64,000 bases of DNA, taken from positions 3,008-67,007 of the forward strand of contig CAJWHN010000002.1 of NCBI GenBank assembly GCA_913041085.1. Direction: 5' to 3'. A program made the position numbers and the translations under genes. This document shows positions 56,529 through 64,000 of the stretch, one piece after another. The notes beneath the pieces were generated by a model, which made no database searches, was not told where the DNA came from, and saw nothing but the letters and a program-made list of their open reading frames with translations. The DNA comes from an uncultured Flavobacteriales bacterium (GTDB lineage Bacteria > Bacteroidota > Bacteroidia > Flavobacteriales > UBA7312). Position 1 is the first letter of the stretch. The number at the start of each line of letters is the position of its first letter.

Positions 56529-58913
56529 TTATGAACCACAGGCAATACAATCATCAGGGTTTTCTATAGAACATGCTATAGCTTCCTCTGCTGTGTATTC
56601 TTCTTTGCCAGCAACAACTGGCTCTAGCTGAGACTTGGCTTGTTTTTGTACCGTAAACTGAATAGCTTGTGTAGCTGCTTTAGTTCTTAGGTAATACATA
56701 CCAGTCTTTAGACCTTTCTCCCAAGCATAGAAATGCATAGATGTGATTTTACCCATATTAGGTTGATCAATAAAGAGGTTCAAGGACTGAGATTGATCAA
56801 TAAAGTGACCTCTATCTGCCGACATATCAATGATATCTTTCATCTTAATTTCCCAAACAGTCTTGTAAATAGCTTTGATATTTTCAGGAATAGAATCAAT
56901 AGCTTGGATAGAACCATTAGCCTTTATGATTTCATTTTTCATTTCATCGTTCCACAACCCTAACTTTACTAGGTCAAGAAGCAGGTGCTTATTAACAACT
57001 ACAAACTCACCTGATAGTACACGACGTGTGTATATGTTTGAGGTATATGGCTCAAAGCATTCGTTGTTACCTAATATTTGAGAAGTTGAAGCCGTAGGCA
57101 TTGGCGCAAGTAGTAAACTATTACGTACACCGTGCTCTTTAATTTGTGTTCTGAGTTCACCCCATGCCCAACGACCACTTAGGTCATCATCTTTCTTGCC
57201 CCAAAGGTTGTGCTGGAATAAACCTTGAGAAATTGGCGAACCTTCATACGTTTGATAAGCCCCTTCTTCTTTGGCTGTTTCCATAGATGATGTTAGGGCA
57301 GCAAAGTAAATCGTCTCAAAAATTTCTTCGTTCAAGGCTTTAGCTTCGGCTGAGTCAAACGGTAAACGTAGCTTGATAAATGTATCGGCTAATCCTTGCA
57401 CACCTAAACCAACTGGTCTATGACGCATGTTAGAGTTTTTAGCTTCAGCAACAGGATAATAATTTCTATCAATTACCTTATTCAGATTTTTAGTAATTAC
57501 ACGTGTTATGTTGTATAATTTCTCGTGATCAAAAGTATTAGTCTCCTCGTTGATGTACATCGGCAAAGCAATAGATGCTAAATTACATACAGCCACTTCA
57601 TCTGGTGCTGTATACTCAATAATTTCAGTACATAAATTAGAAGAACGAATCGTACCTAAGTTTTTCTGATTAGATTTTTCGTTACAAGCGTCTTTGTACA
57701 ACATGTATGGTGTACCCGTTTCTACTTGAGATTCTATAACTTTTTCCCATAACTCACGAGCACGAATGGTCTTTCTTCCTTTACTTGCTTTCTCGTATTT
57801 TTTGTAGAGTTTTTCAAAATCTTTGCCATAACTATCGGCTAGACCTGGACACTCGTTTGGACACATTAAAGTCCATTCTGCATCTTCTTTGACACGTTGC
57901 ATAAACAAGTCTGGTGTCCATAGAGCAAAGAATAAATCTCTGGCTCTCATTTCTTCTTTACCATGGTTTTTTCTTAGGTCTAAGAACTCGAATACATCGG
58001 CGTGCCACGGCTCAAGATAAATAGCAAAAGAACCTTTTCTTTTACCACCGCCTTGGTCAACGTAACGTGCTGTATCATTGAATACTCTTAGCATGGGTAC
58101 AATACCGTTAGAAGTACCGTTTGTGCCTCTAATATACGAGCCTGTAGCTCTTACATTGTGAATGCTTAACCCTATACCACCAGCAGATTGTGATATCTTA
58201 GCACACTGCTTAAGGGTGTCATAAATACCATCGATACTATCATCTTTCATTGTCAATAAGAAACAAGAAGACATTTGTGGTTTTGGAGTACCAGCATTGA
58301 ATAATGTAGGCGTAGCATGAGTGAAGTATTTTTGTGACATCAGCTCATAAGTTTCAATAGCCGATTGAATATCTTCTTTGTGGATACCTATAGCTACACG
58401 CATTAGCATATGTTGTGGACGTTCTGCTATCTTGCCATTAAGACGAAGAAGATATGAACGTTCTAAAGTTTTGAAACCAAAATAGTCGTATCCGAAATCT
58501 CTGTCATAAATGATGGTAGAGTCTAAAAGTTCAGCATTTTTCTTTATGATTTTGATAACGTCGTCTGCAATAAGAGGAGCTTTTTTACCGGTCTTTGGAT
58601 TTACGAAATCGTACAAATCCTTCATTGTTTCTGAAAACGATTTTTTGGTATCCTTGTGAAGGTTTGATACTGAAATCCTAGATGCTAATAGTGCATAATC
58701 TGGGTGACGGGTAGTCATAGATGCCGATACTTCTGCCGCTAAATTATCCAGCTCTGATGTAGTAACACCTTCATAAATACCTTCAATAACTTTCATTGCT
58801 ACTGCGGTAGGGTCCACCAAATCGCTAAAGCCATAACATAACTTCTGAATACGGGCTGTAATTTTATCAAACTTTACAGCCTCTTTTCGCCCATCTCTTT
58901 TTAATACAAACAT
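56529..58913 (-). CDS. nrdA: Ribonucleoside-diphosphate reductase, alpha subunit (class Ia)
   Basis: 794 aa. N-terminal ATP-cone [16 protein letters not shown], active site SNLCTEI, C-terminal Cys pair CIACGS. Confidence 0.95.
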   Translation of the reverse strand: MFVLKRDGRKEAVKFDKITARIQKLCYGFSDLVDPTAVAMKVIEGIYEGVTTSELDNLAAEVSASMTTRHPDYALLASRISVSNLHKDTKKSFSETMKDLYDFVNPKTGKKAPLIADDVIKIIKKNAELLDSTIIYDRDFGYDYFGFKTLERSYLLRLNGKIAERPQHMLMRVAIGIHKEDIQSAIETYELMSQKYFTHATPTLFNAGTPKPQMSSCFLLTMKDDSIDGIYDTLKQCAKISQSAGGIGLSIHNVRATGSYIRGTNGTSNGIVPMLRVFNDTARYVDQGGGKRKGSFAIYLEPWHADVFEFLDLRKNHGKEEMRARDLFFALWTPDLFMQRVKEDAEWTLMCPNECPGLADSYGKDFEKLYKKYEKASKGRKTIRARELWEKVIESQVETGTPYMLYKDACNEKSNQKNLGTIRSSNLCTEIIEYTAPDEVAVCNLASIALPMYINEETNTFDHEKLYNITRVITKNLNKVIDRNYYPVAEAKNSNMRHRPVGLGVQGLADTFIKLRLPFDSAEAKALNEEIFETIYFAALTSSMETAKEEGAYQTYEGSPISQGLFQHNLWGKKDDDLSGRWAWGELRTQIKEHGVRNSLLLAPMPTASTSQILGNNECFEPYTSNIYTRRVLSGEFVVVNKHLLLDLVKLGLWNDEMKNEIIKANGSIQAIDSIPENIKAIYKTVWEIKMKDIIDMSADRGHFIDQSQSLNLFIDQPNMGKITSMHFYAWEKGLKTGMYYLRTKAATQAIQFTVQKQAKSQLEPVVAGKEEYTAEEAIACSIENPDDCIACGS

Positions 58914-58944
58914 AAATTTACTGTTTTACTAGTTAAGTAATATT

Positions 58945-59928
58945 TTAAAAATCATCATCAAATGAGAAGGTGTCTTTGGAGTCATTACTATCGCTTAAAA
59001 CACCTGCTTTTTGATAATCTCCCACTCTTTTTTCAAAGAAATTTGTCTTCCCTTCTAAAGAAATCATTTCCATGAAGTCAAATGGGTTTTCTGAGTTGTA
59101 TACTTTTTCACAACCTAACTCGACAAGTAGGCGATCTGTTACAAACTCTAAATATTTGGTCATTAAATCTGAGTTCATACCGATAAGTTTAACCGGTAAA
59201 GATTCAATGATAAATTCTCTTTCTATATTCAAGGCATCAACGATAATTTCTTTGATGCGTTCTTTTGGCACCTTGTTGATAAGGTGATTGTTGTGTAGGT
59301 GACATGCAAAGTCACAGTGCAAACCTTCGTCTCTACTAATTAGTTCATTAGAAAACGTCAGTCCAGGCATTAAGCCTCTTTTCTTCAGCCAGAAAATGGA
59401 ACAGAAAGAACCTGAGAAGAAGATCCCCTCTACTGCAGCAAAGGCAACTAGTCGCTCAGCAAATGAATCACTTTCAATCCATTTTATAGCCCACTCTGCT
59501 TTCTTTTTAATGGCGTCAAAATGTTCTATAGCAGTAAACAATTTGTTTCTTTCTTGCTTATCCTTGATGTAGGTGTCGATAAGTAATGAGTAGGTTTCTG
59601 AATGGATATTCTCCATCATAATTTGGAAGCCGTAGAAAAATTTAGCTTCAGTGTACTGTACTTCATTAACAAAGTTCTCAGCTAAGTTTTCATTGACAAT
59701 ACCATCACTAGCTGCAAAAAAGGCTAAAATGTGCTTAATGAAATAACGCTCGTCGTCATTAAGCTTAGAGTCCCAGTCTACTAAATCTTGATGTAAATCA
59801 ATTTCTTCAGCCGTCCAAAAACTAGCTTCTTGCTTTTTATACCATTGCCAAATATCGTCATGTTCTATAGGAAATAAAACGTAGCGATTAGCGTTTTCTT
59901 GCAAGATGGATTCTGTAGCGTTTGCCAT
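58945..59928 (-). CDS. nrdB: Ribonucleoside-diphosphate reductase, beta subunit
   Basis: Diiron ligand helices ...MENIHSETY..., ...EGIFFSGSF..., ...ISRDEGLH..., and an acidic C-terminal tail FSFDDDF. Confidence 0.95.
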   Translation of the reverse strand: MANATESILQENANRYVLFPIEHDDIWQWYKKQEASFWTAEEIDLHQDLVDWDSKLNDDERYFIKHILAFFAASDGIVNENLAENFVNEVQYTEAKFFYGFQIMMENIHSETYSLLIDTYIKDKQERNKLFTAIEHFDAIKKKAEWAIKWIESDSFAERLVAFAAVEGIFFSGSFCSIFWLKKRGLMPGLTFSNELISRDEGLHCDFACHLHNNHLINKVPKERIKEIIVDALNIEREFIIESLPVKLIGMNSDLMTKYLEFVTDRLLVELGCEKVYNSENPFDFMEMISLEGKTNFFEKRVGDYQKAGVLSDSNDSKDTFSFDDDF

Positions 59929-60156
59929 TAGTGTTCAAAATTTAGTGAAAGAAATTCCTAGAGAAGATTATATCTTCCCCGCCTTTCTGGTTAACTTTAT
60001 AAATTGTTGGGATTTACTCCAAAACTGCTATTCCAATTGTAATATTGAGTTGCTCGAACGACAATTATATTGAATTAGCTGACAACAAATGTTTCAAAAA
60101 AAAAAATGGAAAGCAATTCAATTTTATTCACAATAATTTCAAGTTTTTAACACTAC

Positions 60157-60184
60157 TTCAAATTTTTGGATTCAAAATTTTTGG
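60157..60184. repeat. Tandem direct repeat TTCAAATTTTTGGA / TTCAAAATTTTTGG in the nrdB upstream region
   Basis: Two adjacent 14-nt units that are related by a 1-nt shift (unit 1 has AAA then TTTTTGG plus a trailing A; unit 2 has AAAA then TTTTTGG). Read directly from the sequence. Confidence 0.7.
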
Positions 60185-60294
60185 TCTTACTCAAGGGATT
60201 TATTTTTTTTTATTTTCTCAACTTTTTTTTCAAAAAAAAATGAACGTCAATTCACAATTTTAATTTTTAAAAGTTGATAATTGTTAATAATAAT

Positions 60295-60867
60295 TTAATC
60301 CTTTTTTAACAAACGAGCCGCCTCGGACAATTGTTCAAACCACTCTACACCATAACTTCTAACAAGTGGTTCTTTCAAAAAACGGTAGACTGGGACTTGT
60401 AATTTTTGTCCACATTCACAGGCGGGTTGACATATGTCAATGGACTCATAATTAACGGCCTCAAAATCTCTGTACTTCTTCGTTCTTATCGGATAGAGGT
60501 GACAAGAGATGGGTTTTTTGAATTCTATTTTACCGTCATTATACGCTTGTTCGATGCTACATTTAGCTGTTCCGTCTTGGTCAAAAGAAACAAAGGCACA
60601 CTCTTTATTATTGACTAAAGCAGTCGTATTATCCCCATCAGCATCTACCACATACATTCCTTGTTGCTCTATAGCTGTTATGCCCTCTTGACGCATATAA
60701 GGTTTTACCTCATTAAAAATTTTAGAAAGAACATCAAGCTCATCGTCAGTTAGTGGAGCGCCACCATCGCCATCAACACAACAAGCTCCTTTACATGCTG
60801 ACAGATCACAAACAAATTGCTTTTCAAAAACATCAAAAGAAACAATTTTATCCTCCACCTGAACCAT
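60295..60867 (-). CDS. DUF3109-family Cys-rich protein
   Basis: MVQVEDKIVSFDVFEKQFVCDLSACKGACCVDGDGGAPL matches the DUF3109 N-terminal Cys cluster. Confidence 0.7.
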   Translation of the reverse strand: MVQVEDKIVSFDVFEKQFVCDLSACKGACCVDGDGGAPLTDDELDVLSKIFNEVKPYMRQEGITAIEQQGMYVVDADGDNTTALVNNKECAFVSFDQDGTAKCSIEQAYNDGKIEFKKPISCHLYPIRTKKYRDFEAVNYESIDICQPACECGQKLQVPVYRFLKEPLVRSYGVEWFEQLSEAARLLKKD

Positions 60868-60871
60868 ATAA

Positions 60872-60879
60872 CAAAGATA
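60872..60879 (-). promoter_or_regulatory. -7 box TATCTTTG, 4 nt before the DUF3109 ATG
   Basis: Plus strand caaagata, with a 4-nt gap to the ATG at 60867. Confidence 0.45.
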
Positions 60880-60913
60880 ACGAAACGGCGTGTAATAATG
60901 TAAGTAATATGTT

Positions 60914-60921
60914 TATTTTTG
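60914..60921 (+). promoter_or_regulatory. -7 box TATTTTTG, 4 nt before the glyQS ATG
   Basis: Exact TAnnTTTG with a 4-nt gap to the ATG at 60926. Confidence 0.45.
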
Positions 60922-60925
60922 CGAC

Positions 60926-62452
60926 ATGGCAAATTATGAAGAAGTATTTAGGAAAGTAGTCGCTCATGCTAAAGAGTATGGTTTTATTTTTCAGTCCAGT
61001 GAACTTTATGACGGTTTAGGTGCGGTATACGATTATGGTCCAAATGGCGTAGAGCTAAAAAATAATATTCGCGACTACTGGTGGAAATCGATGGTCAATA
61101 TGAACGACAATATAGTAGGCTTAGACTCTGCTATTTTTATGCACCCCGCCACTTGGAAAGCTTCTGGTCATGTCGATGCCTTTAACGACCCTTTGATTGA
61201 TAACAAAGATTCTAAAAAGAGATATCGTGCCGATGTACTGATAGAGGAGCATGTGGCTAGAATAGAAAGTAAGATTGAAAAAGAAGTCAAAAAAGCCGCC
61301 AAGCGTTTTGGCGATAGTTTTGATGAAGAACAATTCGTTTCTACAAATCCTAGGGTAGTTGGCTACAAAGAAAAATGCACCTCAATAATGCAACGTTTTG
61401 CTCAAGCCATGAACGATAATGACTTAGTTGACGTCAAAGCACTTATTGAAGAATTAGGCATTGTATGCCCTTTTTCAGGCACAAAAAATTGGACCGACGT
61501 ACGTCAATTTAACCTGATGTTTAAAACACAAATGGGTTCTACTGCCGATGGGGCAACAGATTTATACCTCAGGCCAGAAACCGCTCAAGGTATATTTGTC
61601 AACTTCCTTAATGTACAGAAAACAGCCCGTATGAAATTGCCTTTTGGTATTGCTCAAACTGGTAAAGCCTTCAGAAATGAAATAGTAGCTCGACAGTTTA
61701 TCTTCCGTATGCGAGAGTTTGAACAAATGGAAATGCAATTTTTTGTACGACCGGGTCAAGAAATGAAATGGTACGAACATTGGAAAGAAAGCCGCATGCA
61801 GTGGCACCTCAGCTTAGGTATTGACAAGGAACAGTTTCGTTTTCACGACCACGACAATTTAGCCCACTATGCTAATGCCGCTTGCGATATTGAGTTTAAG
61901 TTTCCATTTGGATTTAAGGAGTTGGAGGGTATTCACTCGAGAACAGATTTTGATTTGAAAAGTCATCAAGAACATTCTGGAAGAAAAGTGCAATACTTTG
62001 ACCCTGAAATTAATGAAAGTTATGTGCCTTATGTGGTAGAAACGTCTATTGGACTAGACCGTATGTTTTTAACTATATTAAGTAATTCCTATCAAGAAGA
62101 AGAAGTCAATGGTGAAAATAGATTAGTGCTGAGTATTCCGCCGATGTTATCGCCAGTAAAAGCCGCTATATTGCCACTGACTAAAAAAGACGGCTTACCA
62201 GAAAAGGCCAAAGAAATTTTGAAGTCCTTGCAATACGATTTCAATTGTCAATACGAAGAAAAGGACTCCATAGGAAAGCGATACAGACGCCAAGATGCAA
62301 TTGGGACACCATATTGTATTACGGTAGATCACCAAAGTTTAGAAAACCATACGGTTACCCTTCGTGATAGAGATACTATGCAACAAGAACGTATTGCTAT
62401 AGAGCAATTGCACAGACTTATTTCAAAGAAAGTGGGCTTGAATCGCGATTAA
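60926..62452 (+). CDS. glyQS: Glycine--tRNA ligase (alpha2 homodimeric type)
   Basis: 508 aa with FIFQSSELYDGLGAVYDYGPNGVELKNNI...YLRPETAQG...FRNEI...GLDR motifs. Confidence 0.95.
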   Translation: MANYEEVFRKVVAHAKEYGFIFQSSELYDGLGAVYDYGPNGVELKNNIRDYWWKSMVNMNDNIVGLDSAIFMHPATWKASGHVDAFNDPLIDNKDSKKRYRADVLIEEHVARIESKIEKEVKKAAKRFGDSFDEEQFVSTNPRVVGYKEKCTSIMQRFAQAMNDNDLVDVKALIEELGIVCPFSGTKNWTDVRQFNLMFKTQMGSTADGATDLYLRPETAQGIFVNFLNVQKTARMKLPFGIAQTGKAFRNEIVARQFIFRMREFEQMEMQFFVRPGQEMKWYEHWKESRMQWHLSLGIDKEQFRFHDHDNLAHYANAACDIEFKFPFGFKELEGIHSRTDFDLKSHQEHSGRKVQYFDPEINESYVPYVVETSIGLDRMFLTILSNSYQEEEVNGENRLVLSIPPMLSPVKAAILPLTKKDGLPEKAKEILKSLQYDFNCQYEEKDSIGKRYRRQDAIGTPYCITVDHQSLENHTVTLRDRDTMQQERIAIEQLHRLISKKVGLNRD

Positions 62453-62470
62453 ATTAGCTAAGAGAGACGA

Positions 62471-63034
62471 CTACTTGCCGTTAAAATCACTCATTGTTCG
62501 GGCCAAGCCAATAGTGCCAAAAGCGAGGATCATCTTTGTGGCGTGTTGAATGCGTTCTGACAAGTCCTTTTCTTCGTCTGTTATCCACTCCGATAAGACG
62601 TATTGAGCCTGTTGCCCTTTCAAAAACTGATCGCCTACTCCAAAGCGTAAACGGGCATATTTAGTATGTCCTAAGTAATAGTTGATGTCTTTTAAACCGT
62701 TGTGTCCACCATCTGAGCCTTTGCCTCTAAGTCGCATGACACCAAAGGGCAAAGCAATATCATCGGTCACCACAAGAATATTGTCGACTTTAACTTTTAG
62801 ATGTTGCATCCAATAGTTTAAGGCTTTGCCACTCAAATTCATAAAAGTGGTAGGTTTAATAAGGTGATAGGTTCTGGACTTATGTTTTATAGAAGTGTAG
62901 TAAGCATGTTTTTCCTCTTTAAAAGAAGTATTGGACGACTCGGCTAGAGCGTCCAATACTTTAAATCCTATATTGTGTCTTGTATTTTCGTACTTGACAC
63001 CAGGGTTTCCTAGTCCAACAATGAGGTATTTCAT
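62471..63034 (-). CDS. pth: Peptidyl-tRNA hydrolase
   Basis: MKYLIVGLGNPGVKYENTRHNIGF...GGHNGLKDI. Confidence 0.95.
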   Translation of the reverse strand: MKYLIVGLGNPGVKYENTRHNIGFKVLDALAESSNTSFKEEKHAYYTSIKHKSRTYHLIKPTTFMNLSGKALNYWMQHLKVKVDNILVVTDDIALPFGVMRLRGKGSDGGHNGLKDINYYLGHTKYARLRFGVGDQFLKGQQAQYVLSEWITDEEKDLSERIQHATKMILAFGTIGLARTMSDFNGK

Positions 63035-63053
63035 TACTTAAATATAGGAAATA

Positions 63054-63689
63054 TTATTCGGCAGCAGGTTCTGCTGGAGCTGCTGGAGCATCTTCTCCTT
63101 CTGCAGCACCTTCTTCAGTACCTTCTTCTTCCTCCTCATCTTCAATAGCACCACGAGCTGTTTTCACACCAACAATTACAGATTTATCACCTGCTAGGAA
63201 GGTATATCTTTCGTCTCTAATATCTCCGATGTAAAGGAATTTTCCGATTTGCAATTCTTCTATATTGATGTCGATAGCATCTGGCAAGTTAGCAGGTATA
63301 GCGCGAGTTCTAATCGCTCTTTTTCTTACTAATAGATTGCCACCATTACGAACACCAATAGGTGTGCCAATAAAGTTAACAGGAATATTAACGGTTACTT
63401 CTTTGTCGTCAAATACTTGTAAGAAGTCAATATGAATGATTCTATCTGTTAAAGGGTGAAATTGAATATCTTGAAGAATCGCTTGAAAGCTTTCTCCGTC
63501 TATATCAATGTTCAACAAATATACGTCTGGAGTATTGACAAGCTTGTTTAGGTCATTCTCTGTAGCAGAGAAGTACACTTGCTTTTCTCCCCCGTAAAGT
63601 ACGCATGGTACTTTACCCTGATTTCTTAGTGCTCTGTTAGCTATTTTGTTAGTTTCTCTAACGCTAGCACCTAATGCAAATGTTTTCAT
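63054..63689 (-). CDS. rplY: 50S ribosomal protein L25 / general stress protein Ctc form
   Basis: ...RNQGKVPCVLYGG...IQFHPLTDRIIHIDF..., with an acidic Ala/Glu-rich C-terminal tail. Confidence 0.9.
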   Translation of the reverse strand: MKTFALGASVRETNKIANRALRNQGKVPCVLYGGEKQVYFSATENDLNKLVNTPDVYLLNIDIDGESFQAILQDIQFHPLTDRIIHIDFLQVFDDKEVTVNIPVNFIGTPIGVRNGGNLLVRKRAIRTRAIPANLPDAIDINIEELQIGKFLYIGDIRDERYTFLAGDKSVIVGVKTARGAIEDEEEEEGTEEGAAEGEDAPAAPAEPAAE

Positions 63690-63716
63690 TTAAAATAAAA
63701 AATAATGGGTTAATAA

Positions 63717-64000
63717 TTAACTTATAAAGTTTGAACTTATAGATTGTTTAGTATACACTCTATTAATAGTATCGGCAAACAAATTACCAATCTCTATTAC
63801 TTTAACTTTATCACTTTTATGTTCTTTTCTCAAGGTATCCGTTACAATTAGTTCAGATAGTTGAGAGTTATTAATTCTTTCATAAGCACTTCCTGAGAGG
63901 ATGCCATGGGTACAACAAGCTCTTACGCTATTGGCGCCATTTTCCATCATAAGGTCTGCCGCTCTAGTTAGCGTTCCTGCTGTATCTACCATATCATCTA
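63717..64000 (-). CDS. prs: Ribose-phosphate pyrophosphokinase, C-terminal part (gene continues past window end)
   Basis: ...MVDTAGTLTRAADLMMENGANSVRACCTHGILSG... is the PRPP-binding loop. The frame stays open to the window edge upstream of the ORF-track Met. Confidence 0.9.
   Translation of the reverse strand, partial: DDMVDTAGTLTRAADLMMENGANSVRACCTHGILSGSAYERINNSQLSELIVTDTLRKEHKSDKVKVIEIGNLFADTINRVYTKQSISSNFIS

Noticed and set aside
60034-60072. Two AT-rich palindromes upstream of nrdB (CAATTGTAATATTG, CAATTATATTG) as candidate NrdR boxes
   Set aside because: They do not align cleanly to the 16-bp NrdR consensus I remember (acaCwAtATaTwGtgt) because the centre is shifted by 1 nt. The centre-to-centre spacing of about 26-27 bp is not the usual ~31-32 bp. 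AT palindromes are also expected by chance in sequence this AT-rich. I kept them only as a note inside the nrd-upstream finding.
60045-60263. 72-aa ORF in the nrdB upstream region
   Set aside because: Its F/K/N/I-rich translation is driven by homopolymer A/T runs. It has no promoter box or recognisable motif, and it lies in the regulatory region of nrdBA.

Overview
This is an AT-rich, very gene-dense chromosomal segment from a Bacteroidota bacterium, probably Flavobacteriia-like. That assignment is inferred from T9SS C-terminal sorting domains, a PorP/SprF gene, TAnnTTTG '-7' promoter boxes ahead of many genes, and no Shine-Dalgarno-like leaders. I count about 62 protein-coding genes, one tRNA-Ser(GGA) and three gene relics. 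I recognise no rRNA, CRISPR array, transposase, integrase or phage genes.

The content is overwhelmingly core housekeeping:
- Translation and RNA modification: leuS, glyQS, pth, rplY, rbfA, rnpA, yidD, truB, queA, rlmN, rsmI, dusB, rluF.
- Replication and nucleotide metabolism: dnaG, recJ, nrdAB, tdk, prs.
- Isoprenoid synthesis: ispG, ispD, ispB, uppP.
- Envelope: kdsB, GT9, lolE-like, msbA-like, ftsX, alr, ctp, M23 peptidase, O-antigen ligase.
- A Ton energiser module (exbB, small membrane protein, exbD, exbD) and one TonB-dependent receptor.

I do not see a convincing new multi-gene defence, toxin or mobile system, and I say so plainly. The observations most worth a second look are:
1. A perfect 39-bp palindrome whose two ends are the start codons of two divergent genes (39973..40011).
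2. A translationally coupled three-gene T9SS module: type-B cargo, PorP/SprF and a TPR-PD40-OmpA protein (23302..29296).
3. A GC-rich orphan T9SS C-terminal domain relic in one of only two intergenic gaps over 300 bp (22047..22328).
4. An in-frame dprA-N-terminus / TGA / T9SS-CTD chimeric relic (775..1284).
5. A 366-bp homopolymer-rich region upstream of nrdBA.
6. A two-class promoter-to-ATG spacing that implies many leaderless mRNAs.

All product calls rest on motifs I recognise by eye in the translations. No HMM or BLAST search was run.
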